From the NCBI GenBank assembly GCA_963705705.1, contig CAVPKK010000009.1, forward strand, positions 1,740-65,739: a DNA stretch of 64,000 nt, written 5' to 3'. Shown here piece by piece: positions 47,078 to 57,365 of this stretch. Each line of letters starts with the position of its first letter. The first letter of the stretch is position 1. The notes below the pieces were generated by a model, which was given only the letters and a program-made list of their open reading frames with translations, was not told where the DNA came from and ran no database searches. The position numbers were made by a program, and so were the translations under genes. Source of the stretch: an uncultured bacterium. GTDB lineage: Bacteria > Babelota > Babeliae > Babelales > JABCYS01.

Positions 47078-48124
47078 TTATGCAGATTTAAGCAATAACC
47101 AAAATTCGTTCACCATTTCTTCGGGAACAATATTGCGGAAGAATTGAAAATTTTGATATTTTTCATACGCCATATCTGGCGCAGGAACATCTTGACGAGA
47201 AGGAAAGAAGCAGGTTTTATCGGCATGATACTGCATCACTTCAGGCTCGTATAAGAAATTAATAAATTCGTATACCAAATCCTGTTTGGTTGATGCTGCT
47301 GGAATAACAAAGGATTCAATCATAGCGAATGTTCCCTCATCGGGAAGTATGAATGAAAGATCATCGTTCTCAGGCAGGATGCGCAAGATATACGGTGTCG
47401 CAACTAGTGCGAGTGCAACTTGGCCCGAAGCTAATACATAGGGTGCCGTATAATCACCATAGGCCAATACATATTTTTTTTGATCAACAAGTAATTTTGT
47501 GATCGCCTGCATTTTTTGTTCATTAATATTTTGATCAGAGCCAAATAGGTAAAAGGCTGCTACCAAAATAAGTTCTCTCGGATCTTCGAGCATGGTACGC
47601 GGGCCGGTTGATATAGTTGGATCAAATATCGCGCGCCAACTTTCAGGTATTTGACTACCAGGGGCAAAGAACGATTTATTTACGCCGATACCATACATGC
47701 TCCACAAATATGGTATTGAGTATTGGTTTTTTGGATCCGCATACAAATCTAATAGTCGAGGATCTAGTTTGTTCCAAAAAGGTAATTTTTTACGATCAAT
47801 TTTTTGTAATAGTTTTTCTTGAATGAGGGTATCAACCATATATTCGGTTGGCATCAATAAATCATACCCTTCACCGTTAGTTATTTTTACTTTGGCATAA
47901 AGTTCTTCATTATTCTCGTAATATCCAATGTTTACATTGATGCCAGTTCGTTCTTCAAACTCTGCAATTTTTTTGCCATCGATGAGCTCTGTCCATGAAA
48001 AGACATTAATAGTCCGCGTGGCTGATTTTGTTGGCCACCAGCCTGGCAGTATCAAGAAAGCCGCAATTATTGCGAGCCAAAAAAAGATAATGAAGGCGCG
48101 TAGTGCAATTTGGGTTCTATTCAT
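47078..48124 (-). CDS. potD: spermidine/putrescine ABC transporter substrate-binding protein
   Basis: PotD-like blocks 'INVFSWTELID...FEERTGINVNIGYYENNEELYAK', 'YDLLMPTEYMV' and 'YSIPYLWSMYGIGVN'. I preferred the ATG at 48124, which overlaps the potC stop; the longest ORF starts at 48148. Confidence 0.85.
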   Translation of the reverse strand: MNRTQIALRAFIIFFWLAIIAAFLILPGWWPTKSATRTINVFSWTELIDGKKIAEFEERTGINVNIGYYENNEELYAKVKITNGEGYDLLMPTEYMVDTLIQEKLLQKIDRKKLPFWNKLDPRLLDLYADPKNQYSIPYLWSMYGIGVNKSFFAPGSQIPESWRAIFDPTISTGPRTMLEDPRELILVAAFYLFGSDQNINEQKMQAITKLLVDQKKYVLAYGDYTAPYVLASGQVALALVATPYILRILPENDDLSFILPDEGTFAMIESFVIPAASTKQDLVYEFINFLYEPEVMQYHADKTCFFPSRQDVPAPDMAYEKYQNFQFFRNIVPEEMVNEFWLLLKSA

Positions 48125-48904
48125 TGGTGCCCTTACCGCCAACACCATCCAATTTTATCGAGCAAAACCCGAGCACTAGTAAACTGCTAACGGCCAATAT
48201 AATAGTTGATAAGGCATTAATAATTGGCGAAGAGCCAAGCCGAAGTAGCCCAAAGATATACAGAGAAAGTGTTTGTGCAGAGGCGCCTGAACAAAAGAAT
48301 GAGATGAGAAAATCGTCCATAGATAAGATAAATACCAACAATCCGCTGGCAATAATAGCCGGCATCATCAGCGGCAACGTGATCTTAATAAAGGTTTGAA
48401 ATTCCGAAGCCCCAAGATCTGCTGATGCCTCCATAATGCGCGGATCAATTTCCAAAAAGCGTGTGCGTAACATCGGCATTACAAAACCCATGCTCAACAA
48501 AATATGACCGGTAATTAAGGTGGGCAGACCCAATGGTACCGAAAAAAGCTAAAAAAACTCAATAAACTGACGGCCATAACAATTTCAGGAATTGCTATAC
48601 CAGCTAAAAATATAGGCATTAATTTTGCCATGCGTGAATGCACACCAAAACAGATATAAGACAGACCCATTGAAATAGTAAGCACTGCGGTTGAGGTTGC
48701 CACAATAAGACTATTCTTGAGCGAAACCAATAGCTCGGGTTCATCCAATAAAGCCCCATACCATTTAGTGGTAAAACCGCCCCACTTAAAAGGCATTGCT
48801 GAATCATTGAACGAAAATAGTACCAGCACAATAATAGGCAAGTACAAAAACAGGTAGGTAACACCTGCAAGCAAAGGTAATGCGCTTGGCAATCGTCTAG
48901 TCAT
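48117..48904 (-). CDS. potC: spermidine/putrescine ABC transporter permease, frame broken in an A6/T6 run at 48542-48547 (ORF pieces 48515..48952 and 48117..48533)
   Basis: The N-terminal piece has TM helices. The C-terminal piece has the permease EAA loop 'EASADLGASEFQTFIKITLPL'. Together they make a normal ~260-aa PotC. Confidence 0.8.
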
Positions 48905-48908
48905 ATTA

Positions 48909-49766
48909 TTATTCTTCAATCTGCATGGTCTTGGGGGAACGTAATAGTTCATAGATCACGCGCACTGCAATCAGGATCGCAATCCCGCTCAAAACGGTAA
49001 ATGCGGCGCTCACCATTGGATTACGAGCACGCAGGTAATAGCCACCTATAAGCGTGCCCACATTTAAATATTTATCGCCACCAACCAGTGATGGTATGGC
49101 ATACTCACCAAAAACTGGCACCATAACTAAAAAAAATCCATTGCGAATGCCGGAAAGCGTCAACGGCAATGTCACCTTAAAAAAAGTTTGTGTGGGCGTG
49201 GCACCGAGATCCAATGAAGCTTCGACCAACGTTGTATTAAATTTTTCGAGCACTGAAAATAATGGCAACATCATGAATGGCAAATAACAATAAATCATTA
49301 CCAGCTGAATCGCACCCTGCGTATATAATAATGATAGTGGTTCACTAATAATGCCAAGCTTAAGCAACAGCGAGTTTATAAGCCCATGCCGTTCAAGGAT
49401 ATAAAACCAGGCATATATATGTACGAGAAAATTGGTCCAAAAAGGCAGTAGTAGAAAAAATAAAAAAAATGTTCGCCATCGTCGCATACTCACGGCAAAC
49501 AGGTAGGCAACGGGATAAGCGATAAGCAAACAGGTAGTTGCGATAAAGATCGATTGCACCAACGACTTGAAAATAATTTTCAGATGAATGGAATTTGCTA
49601 CTGCCTTAAAATTTGCCAAGGTAAGATGCGTAAGGCTAATTACATCCCAATGCGAAAAAAAGCTGGCAGCAAGTACAAAGGTCAACGGTATATAAAGGAA
49701 AAGGATTTGCCAGATGATTGCTGGCACCGTGAGGAAGTAATTAATCTGTTGTCGAAAAATTTTCAT
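48909..49766 (-). CDS. potB: spermidine/putrescine ABC transporter permease
   Basis: Six TM helices and the EAA loop 'EASLDLGATPTQTFFKVTLPL'. The ATG at 49766 overlaps the potA stop (TAATG). Confidence 0.85.
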   Translation of the reverse strand: MKIFRQQINYFLTVPAIIWQILFLYIPLTFVLAASFFSHWDVISLTHLTLANFKAVANSIHLKIIFKSLVQSIFIATTCLLIAYPVAYLFAVSMRRWRTFFLFFLLLPFWTNFLVHIYAWFYILERHGLINSLLLKLGIISEPLSLLYTQGAIQLVMIYCYLPFMMLPLFSVLEKFNTTLVEASLDLGATPTQTFFKVTLPLTLSGIRNGFFLVMVPVFGEYAIPSLVGGDKYLNVGTLIGGYYLRARNPMVSAAFTVLSGIAILIAVRVIYELLRSPKTMQIEE

Positions 49767-50857
49767 TACCTCTCCAATAAAACGGCATTTTCCTTTTGCC
49801 AATACAAATGAACCTCGTCATAGTAATCAATCACTTCCTCCGGAAAGTGTTCCTCATTTTGTTGGAACACCTGGACCGAAGAATCATTCTTTAAACGAAT
49901 TTTGTATAACGTGGAACGCCCCTGGTATACAATCGCATCCACAATACCGGTTAAATGATTACTAAAATTTTCCAACGGTTTTTTTGAAATCTCAATTTTT
50001 TCCGGTCGCACACTCAGGGCTACTAGGGCACCATCGCGCACCCATCTTTTTTCACTTGGTACTTCGATAGCAATATCAGGTAATCCATTAACCTGCAGAT
50101 GCATGATTCCATGCTGCGTGCGAATAATACCTTTTAATATATTGGTGGTACCAACAAACTGCGCAACAAATGAAGATACGGGAAATTCATACACCCGCTT
50201 TGGCGTATCAAGCTGCTCGATTTGACCTTCGGTATTCATAATTGCCATATGATCAGCAACCGCAAGCGCCTCAGCCTGATCATGCGTTACATATATGAAG
50301 GTAGTACGAAATTTTTCCTGCAAATCAACCAACTCAACCAACATTCGTTCACGCAATGTAGGATCAAGGGCTGCTAGTGGTTCATCCAAAAGTAAAACAT
50401 CAGGCTCGGTAACCATTGCACGCGCAAGCGCCACTCGCTGTTGCTGCCCACCAGAAAGTTGATAAATATTGCGATACATATAAGGCTCAAGCCGAACCGC
50501 TTTGAGCATGCGTTGCACTTTTTCATCAATAAGATGTTTGTTGAGCTTCTTGATACGCAGACCATAGGCAACATTGTCGTACACATTCATGTGCGGGAAT
50601 AATGCGTAATTTTGGAAAACGGTTTTAATCGGTCGTTCATAAATTGGCAGATTAGTAATGTCTTGGTCATTGAGATAAATACTGCCACCATCTACAGATT
50701 CAAAACCGGCAATCATGCGCAAAACGGTGGTTTTTCCGCTCCCGCTTGGCCCAAGCAACGCAAAAAAGGTGCCCTCTTTCACGGTCAGATTCAGATTTTC
50801 GATGATCAACTCACCGCGATAATATTTAGTTATATTCTGCAGACGAATACCGCTCAT
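49766..50857 (-). CDS. potA: spermidine/putrescine ABC transporter ATP-binding protein
   Basis: Walker A 'GPSGSGKTT', signature 'LSGGQQQRVALARA', Walker B 'LLLDEPL', and a C-terminal TOBE-like domain. Start set at ATG 50857 ('MSGIRLQNI'). Confidence 0.92.
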   Translation of the reverse strand: MSGIRLQNITKYYRGELIIENLNLTVKEGTFFALLGPSGSGKTTVLRMIAGFESVDGGSIYLNDQDITNLPIYERPIKTVFQNYALFPHMNVYDNVAYGLRIKKLNKHLIDEKVQRMLKAVRLEPYMYRNIYQLSGGQQQRVALARAMVTEPDVLLLDEPLAALDPTLRERMLVELVDLQEKFRTTFIYVTHDQAEALAVADHMAIMNTEGQIEQLDTPKRVYEFPVSSFVAQFVGTTNILKGIIRTQHGIMHLQVNGLPDIAIEVPSEKRWVRDGALVALSVRPEKIEISKKPLENFSNHLTGIVDAIVYQGRSTLYKIRLKNDSSVQVFQQNEEHFPEEVIDYYDEVHLYWQKENAVLLER

Positions 50858-50870
50858 TATTACTCGCTTT

Positions 50871-51575
50871 TTATTTATTGATTCTCTTTGCAAAAATCAT
50901 TGGTACGACAACATCAGATACCGTGCATGGAATGAGTACGGCAACTATTAAGAATAAAAATACATAGCCAATTTGATGCGACCATTCAAAAAAGCCATTG
51001 GCTAGTAGATACAAACTTGCTGCCACTGAACTTATAAGTATATGGACAAAATGAGATCCAACTGAAAAGCTACCGAGCTTGTTGTAATGATGATGCCCCA
51101 TCACAAAACCAGTTAAAATACCAGTAAATAAGAATGGCAAAATATTCGGAAGCTCTGAATAAAAGCAGATATGCCAATCCATTGGGACGCCGAGCAGACG
51201 ACCACCGTAATACGGTATGACTGCGTCGGACAAGGTGCAAAAGATAGCCGGGGAAAAAATACCCATCAACAAACCAGGTAGTATCATCCTGCTAAAACGT
51301 AGGTAGGTCACTACAGTACCAGTAGCGGCAAAAATGATGTGCAGAAAGTGAAAATTATGAAACAGGGCATCCGCTCTATCGGTGACTGCCTCTAAAGATT
51401 CATTACTAGTCCCACCGTACGTTAGCAAACTGAGAATGCACAGGGCAAACGCTACTGAAAAAATAGCGTACGGTAGGTGATGCATAAGTTCATGCCATAA
51501 TGAAGCATCATGTGCCTCATGTTCATGCCGATTATCCGGACTATGATTATGTGATATATCGTGATGTGAAGCCAT
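50871..51575 (-). CDS. polytopic membrane protein with a His-rich N-terminus (possible metal-ion transporter)
   Basis: 'MASHHDISHNHSPDNRHEHEAHD' followed by ~6 hydrophobic helices. The function is a guess from the His-rich tail only. Confidence 0.4.
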   Translation of the reverse strand: MASHHDISHNHSPDNRHEHEAHDASLWHELMHHLPYAIFSVAFALCILSLLTYGGTSNESLEAVTDRADALFHNFHFLHIIFAATGTVVTYLRFSRMILPGLLMGIFSPAIFCTLSDAVIPYYGGRLLGVPMDWHICFYSELPNILPFLFTGILTGFVMGHHHYNKLGSFSVGSHFVHILISSVAASLYLLANGFFEWSHQIGYVFLFLIVAVLIPCTVSDVVVPMIFAKRINK

Positions 51576-51653
51576 ATATTCCTTAGCTGGATGTATTATA
51601 GTGCGGTGAATATACAGCTTTTTACAGGCAGCGCAAAAGTGGCAATTTCTAAC

Positions 51654-54600
51654 CTAGAACGCATTGCCCAACGCCAGATACCATGCAACTCGATGTTCAT
51701 TCTCGTGCGGCGCTCGCCACTTGATGCCTACATCTAAGCGCAGCGGCCCAATTGGGGTATTGTATCGTACTCCACAGCCAGTTGTAGTTACAAATCGATC
51801 CTTAATAAAGGCGGCAAAATCGTCGCCGAACAGTCCCCCCGCATCTTGAAAGATGGCGCCTGAGAATTTTTGGTAAATGGGAAAACGGATTTCCGCATTT
51901 AGGTTAACCATCGTGCGGCCGCCTTGCGGTACATATATACACCGCCCTTTTTCCTCATATCTACCCAGGGGCGGTACAAAATCGAGTTGATAACCACGAA
52001 TCGTTTGGGCACCGCCGAGAAAGAAGCGTTCCGGGGGCATGATTTGACTAAACTTTTGATTGAAGACGTGGCCACCCCGAATACGAAATGCCAAGATGGT
52101 TTGATAGCATGGCACAAACCATGAGTGCTTGTGCTAAAAATTTTACAAATGAGGTCGAACTTGTTTCACGGCCATCTACTTTGTTGCGCAGCGACGCTAC
52201 ACATTTAAGAGTAGCAACGGTGAAGGTACCACGTGTCGGATTCAGTTTATTATCTAAGCGATCAAGCACAATCGTAGGCTCAATGTAAAAATATGGAATT
52301 TTTACCCCATCAAGGGCGGGTGCAAAATTAATCGCGCGTGCTGCCTGCACATACCGTGCCCGGGCCTCATCGTCGCCCGCAAAATCGGGTAAGGTAGTTT
52401 TTACCCATTCGAAACCAATGTTAGTACCAAGGGTTGATACTGCTCGTTGCCCCCATTGAATCCAAGGGATTTGAATATCATGCTTATGCGTCAAACCGAC
52501 TAGACCACCCTGCTGAGTAACAAAATACAGCGGCAGACGCCGCCCCACCATAACTGGTTGTGTAAATTTATTGTTGTATCCTTTAATGAGTGTGCTGACG
52601 TGTTTGCCAAACAGCCATGGATGGCGGTAAAAACCAGCAATTCGCTGTTCATAGATAAAAAAATCACAATCCATACCTAAAATACCGCCTTGATTCCCAA
52701 CATTTTTATATAAAAATGAGCCGCCCACTTTGTAGGTTACCCCATCACGCCAGATAAAATTGTTGGCAATACCAAGCGCACCTGCTCGTAACCGGAATTC
52801 AAATGGATCATCAGGCACTAGATTCAGCATGATCGGCTTTTCCCCTGCAGGCAGTGCCACATCTTCAGGATATAAGTGAATGTGAGAAAAAAGTTGTAAA
52901 TCGCGTAACCGTGAAACGGATTGCTCCATTTTCTCCTTACTCCATACATCACCTTCCTGAAATGCCAACTCTGTTTGTAAATGCTGAAAAGGAATCGGAC
53001 AAATACCAGGTACAATCGTTTTTCCAAACCGCACCGGTTCCGCGATGCCGCCAATACTCCAGGTAAGATTAACGTTGATTCTGCGCGGATGCAGTAGCCC
53101 GGGCTCACCATGCAATGCAATTGATGGTCGAGCATCGGCATACATATACCCATTGCGATGCAAATAAGTCGTAAACCACATCCGCTGCCTTTGGATTACA
53201 GCGTAATCGAGTGGCTCATCAATTTTTACACAGGCGAATGGTTCCTCTTCCAATAATTGAGGGAATTGGGGAATGGTCAACGATTGCAAGTAATAACGAG
53301 GGCCTACGTCAATGGAAAGATTTAATATGCCGGTTTTGGCATCAAATTGCTGGGAAATAACTGCGACATCCCAATGGCCTAACGCACGGAACTGGGCCTT
53401 AATTGATTCAATGCCTCGTGCAACCAACTCTGTTTCATAATATGAATTGGGTGGAATCACGTTTGTGTTAATTGAATATGTTTCAATAAGATCTGCCTTT
53501 TGAACATTAACCTCACGAATGATAACGCGCTCTCCTTCTTGGATATTAACGAGGGCGTGTTCCGAGCCTTGCGAAGTCCGACAAAGCTCATGTTCGCGCT
53601 TCGATCCTTCGATTAACTCAGGATGAGCGCATTCAAGTCGACCTGGTTCAGTAAGAGCGTCGGCGGAGAGTTCAATGTCGACATGCACATCGGTAAAACC
53701 ATGAGCACGATAAAGGCGTTCAATTTCGGCAGCAAGCAAAGCTGGTGGTGGCTCATTCATAACGCCGAACGCATTGAGCAGTTTGAGCAATCGTTCATTG
53801 GTGAAAAATTGATTGCCGGAGAAAACAAATTGATGATGTGAAGATAATTGGACAAGAAAATCGAGTGCTACTTCATACTCCTTATCATCTTGCCGGAGTG
53901 ATAAATGTATGACCGGATGTAGGTAGCCAAATAGTTGCAGCTGCTGCTTGAGTTGTTTGGTGCATTCAGCAATCCGCTCAGCCGAATATTTTTTCCCATC
54001 AAGGTTGTTGAGCCGTTCAATAATTGGTGCAAAGGATTCATTTGATGAAATATCTTTTCCGTGCTGATCGCGAATAACGACATTAACTTCCTCAATTTTA
54101 TAATGCCTACCCCGATCTACGCGCAGAACCACTGTAATAGTTTTATTCTTTTCATCTTCAAGAAGCTGATCTGTTATTGTGGCACCCAAATATCCTTGAT
54201 CATACAGTTCGGCAATAATTTTTTTGTTCGATTCTGCATGCCTTTGCTCATCAAACGGCGCGCCTGGTTCTTGTTGATATAAATGGGTAAGCCGATCCTT
54301 ATGCTTACTGATTCCCTTGATATGTAATTTGTCAAAGGTCCAATAGCTTTCGAGCGCGATATGTAGAGATGCCTGCTCTTCGACGGGTGTTACTGTTAAC
54401 ACGGCCCGTTTGAACTTTTTTTTGCGCGCAAGATTTATTAATGTAGGTGCCACTTTGCCAACAAGTAATGGCTGCCCTATTGGCAGATCGCACAAATAAT
54501 AAAATTCGGGCGGGTCTAATTTTGTGTCAGCTTCATAGGTTAACGCAGCTAGCTGCGGCTCGGCAATTAATAAGGCATCCAACGGATCCAAGTTTGGTTT

Positions 54601-54693
54601 GCCCCCGATTGGAAACTCAATAATAGCCATCTGCCCAAACGTCGGCAGGCAAAAATTAAGAAGGAATATTGATAAAATGAGGCGAGACAACAT
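51654..54693 (-). CDS. bamA: outer membrane protein assembly factor BamA, frame broken near 52100-52135 (ORF pieces 52048..54705 and 51654..52115)
   Basis: Signal peptide, POTRA-like repeats and a barrel. The C-terminal piece carries 'PPERFFLGGAQTIRGY' and ends 'LALGNAF'. Confidence 0.9.
53604..53630 (+). repeat. GC-rich interspersed repeat copy, antisense and in frame inside bamA
   Basis: atccttcgattaactcaggatgagcgc. The adjacent 'cgaagtccgacaaagc' also matches 62481-62496 ('cgaagtccgacatagc'). Confidence 0.6.
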
Positions 54694-54759
54694 CGAAAAT
54701 ACCACACTGGTGCTAGTTCATTAGTTAGCATAGTGTAGCATGTTTTACATCGTTTCTGA

Positions 54760-55044
54760 CTATTCAATAATGCGGAAAACGCCTCGATAATCTTTGGGCT
54801 TGAAAACTGGCTCTACCGCAACGTCTACCAACTCTTGCTTGCGCTCGCGCATATGAATTTGATCCAAAAACTGGTCCAGCTGTTCCCGTGGCCCGCAAGC
54901 GATAACATAAATCTCTTCACCCTGTAATGCCGGTTGCACAAATCCTTCGATTGCACAATCATGGGCGGCTTGCTTTATATATGTTGCGAGTTGTTGCTTG
55001 CAACCAGTTTCCGCTGTTACCGAAATCTTCAAACAGTAGCTCAT
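54760..55044 (-). CDS. acylphosphatase-like small protein (catalytic motifs degenerate)
   Basis: 94 aa with a beta-alpha-beta-beta-alpha-beta pattern resembling acylphosphatase ('...IEGFVQPALQGEEIYVIACGPREQLDQFLDQI...VFRII'), but the 'VQGVGFR' motif is absent. Confidence 0.3.
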   Translation of the reverse strand: MSYCLKISVTAETGCKQQLATYIKQAAHDCAIEGFVQPALQGEEIYVIACGPREQLDQFLDQIHMRERKQELVDVAVEPVFKPKDYRGVFRIIE

Positions 55045-55057
55045 CTACTCTCCCCCT

Positions 55058-55076
55058 CAGGGCTCGCCCTGGACCC
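55058..55076. repeat. GC-rich CAGGG-N4-6-CCCTG hairpin element
   Basis: cagggctcgccctggaccc. Its reverse complement resembles 60456-60477. Confidence 0.45.
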
Positions 55077-55281
55077 AATTAGCACTTACCTTACCTAGAA
55101 GGCAGCCAATGGTCCTCGGTGGTCCTTTTTAGTAAAATTAATTTAACGCTCAGAAATATACCAATCCGGCTATAAAGATTTCAAAGCATTCGCCTTAAAA
55201 GGGGAGTTAAGCTATATTCCTACGCTACTTTCCGTTGCAGAGAAGATAGGTGGCCCAGCCACGCAAATTTTAGGTCCCATA

Positions 55282-56733
55282 ATGAAACACAATCCTATCC
55301 CAGAACATGTACGCGTACGATTTGCACCGGCGCCCACGGGCTTGATGCATCTTGGCAATGTCCGCACGGCACTGCTAAATTATGTTTTCGCTCGCCGTTA
55401 CAACGGCAGCTTTGTTTTGCGCATTGAAGATACTGATCCAGAACGGAATATTGATCCGCAAGCCAAGGGGATTATGGAGATGCTTCATTGGCTCGGCTTG
55501 AAGTTTGATGAAGGGCCTGAGGTCGGCGGAAAGTATGGACCCTATTTTCAGTCACAGCGCTCCTCTTTTTATACAGAGAAGCTAGAACAACTTATAAAAA
55601 GTAATCATGTATACCGCTGCTTTTGTACGCCAGAAGAGCTGGAGAAAAAGCGGCAGCGGCAAATTGCACTCAAGCAACCACCACGATATGACCGCACATG
55701 TCTAAAATTAACGCACGATGAAATTGTAGAAAAATTAGCGGTTAAGACGCCATTTATTTGGCGACTTAAAATAACCGAAGAACGTCATATCAATATTAAT
55801 GATTTGGCGCACGGCACCATCACGTTCAACTTAGCAGATATTGCAGATTTGCCGCTCACCCGTGCCGATGGCAGCTTTACATTTGTATTTGCAAATGGCG
55901 TCGATGATATTTTGATGAAGATTACCTACGTGATTCGCGGCGAAGATCATATTACAAATACCGCCGCGCAAATTGTATTATACGAAGCTTTAGGCGCACC
56001 AATTCCAGCTTTTTGGCACTTGCCCATCATATGTAATATCGACGGTAAAAAACTATCCAAACGCGATTTTGGATTCTCATTACTCGATTTACAGAACGCT
56101 GGTTATTTGCATGAAGCAATTGATAATTATCTTTCTATCATCGGCGGCGGCACCTATGAAAATGAAATCATGTCACTTGATGAGATTGTGCAGCAATTTG
56201 ATATCAATCAAGTGAGCTCAACCGGCCAGATCAAATATGACGTTGAGAAATTGCGTTGGGTTAATCATCGATGGATTGCAAAATTGGCTATTGCTGATTT
56301 AACTAAGCGCTGCTTGCCATGGCTCGAGAAGGCATATCCTGATGTTGCAAACATGTCGCAGAATGAATTACAAGCGTTGATTGAATTAGTTCGCACTGAT
56401 TTAGTCACACTTGGCGATTGCACTGAGCTATTAAAATTTTATTTTGTGAAGCCAATCGAAACGAAAAAAGATCTGCATACATTAGTTGGGCACGAAAAAG
56501 AGAATCTCATTGTTTCGATTATTCAGAAACATCTAAATTTATTAAATGAACCTGATCAGTTCTTAAATGCCATCAGAGCTGATGCAAAAGCACACAATAT
56601 CGGCAAAGAATTGTATTGGGCTTTGCGACTCATGCTTACTGGCTTTCCTGAGGGATTAGGTGTCAAGGAGTTGCTCGCTGCTTTGGGTGAGAAGCGAGCG
56701 AGGGAGCGTATTGAGGCCGGGTTAAGAAACTGA
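55282..56733 (+). CDS. gltX: glutamate--tRNA ligase
   Basis: 'RVRFAPAPTGLMHLGNVRTAL' (HIGH-type), 'RIEDTD' and 'KLSKRD' (KMSKS-type). Confidence 0.96.
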   Translation: MKHNPIPEHVRVRFAPAPTGLMHLGNVRTALLNYVFARRYNGSFVLRIEDTDPERNIDPQAKGIMEMLHWLGLKFDEGPEVGGKYGPYFQSQRSSFYTEKLEQLIKSNHVYRCFCTPEELEKKRQRQIALKQPPRYDRTCLKLTHDEIVEKLAVKTPFIWRLKITEERHININDLAHGTITFNLADIADLPLTRADGSFTFVFANGVDDILMKITYVIRGEDHITNTAAQIVLYEALGAPIPAFWHLPIICNIDGKKLSKRDFGFSLLDLQNAGYLHEAIDNYLSIIGGGTYENEIMSLDEIVQQFDINQVSSTGQIKYDVEKLRWVNHRWIAKLAIADLTKRCLPWLEKAYPDVANMSQNELQALIELVRTDLVTLGDCTELLKFYFVKPIETKKDLHTLVGHEKENLIVSIIQKHLNLLNEPDQFLNAIRADAKAHNIGKELYWALRLMLTGFPEGLGVKELLAALGEKRARERIEAGLRN

Positions 56734-56770
56734 TTAGGTGGCCTCATGATGATATTTCCTCGCTCCCTAT

Positions 56771-56889
56771 GAGATGAAACTCAAACGGTCGCTGCGGAAC
56801 ACCATCATTTCGGCCCAATAACTTGCCCCGTGAAAATCTTTTTACGAGATGCAGCTCAAATGATCGCTGCAGATGCCATCATTTTTTCG
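56771..56889 (+). repeat. two ~42-nt direct repeats downstream of gltX
   Basis: gagatgaaactcaaacggtcgctgcggaacaccatcatttcg (56771-56812) versus gagatgcagctcaaatgatcgctgcagatgccatcattttttcg (56846-56889). Confidence 0.6.
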
Positions 56890-57044
56890 CTATCCCCAAA
56901 TTCAGCACTGAGCTGTCTGAAAAATCAAGGCAAATATTAATTGTGTATACCATCATTTGCTTTCCCCTTTTTGGACTCATAAAAGATCCTACCCAAAAAC
57001 TAAGCACTTAGCGCCTATGCGAGAAAGCTCACATTCGCTACGAA

Positions 57045-57087
57045 CAAATACAAGCTCATTCGCCGAGGCGATGAGTTTGATATTTTG
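57045..57087. repeat. AT-rich long palindromic element, copy 1 (terminator-like)
   Basis: The arms caaatacaagctcattcgcc / ggcgatgagtttgatattttg pair over ~18 bp. The element lies just downstream of 57102..57365. Confidence 0.6.
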
Positions 57088-57101
57088 AGAACATGAAATT
57101 A

Positions 57102-57365
57102 TTAAACTTTCTCGTTTGGATCCAACAATCTATTTTGCATTTTCTGCAAGTCACACACAATTCCTTCTTTTTCAAAATAACGCATGATCTCTTCAAATGA
57201 GCCTTCAAGTGAAGGTGGCACATAAAACTCGAATACGCTATGCTCTTTATCGATGGTGCGATCAAAGCACAAATGTTCAAACGAGCGTAGTATGCCAGTC
57301 ACGAACCAACAATGCTTTGGAACTACGTGAGCTTGGTAGTACGAACAAAATTTAAGGGTTTGCAT
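57102..57365 (-). CDS. hypothetical small protein
   Basis: 87-aa ORF followed by a long palindromic hairpin at 57045..57087. Its ATG overlaps the ATG of the divergent permease gene. Confidence 0.4.
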   Translation of the reverse strand: MQTLKFCSYYQAHVVPKHCWFVTGILRSFEHLCFDRTIDKEHSVFEFYVPPSLEGSFEEIMRYFEKEGIVCDLQKMQNRLLDPNEKV

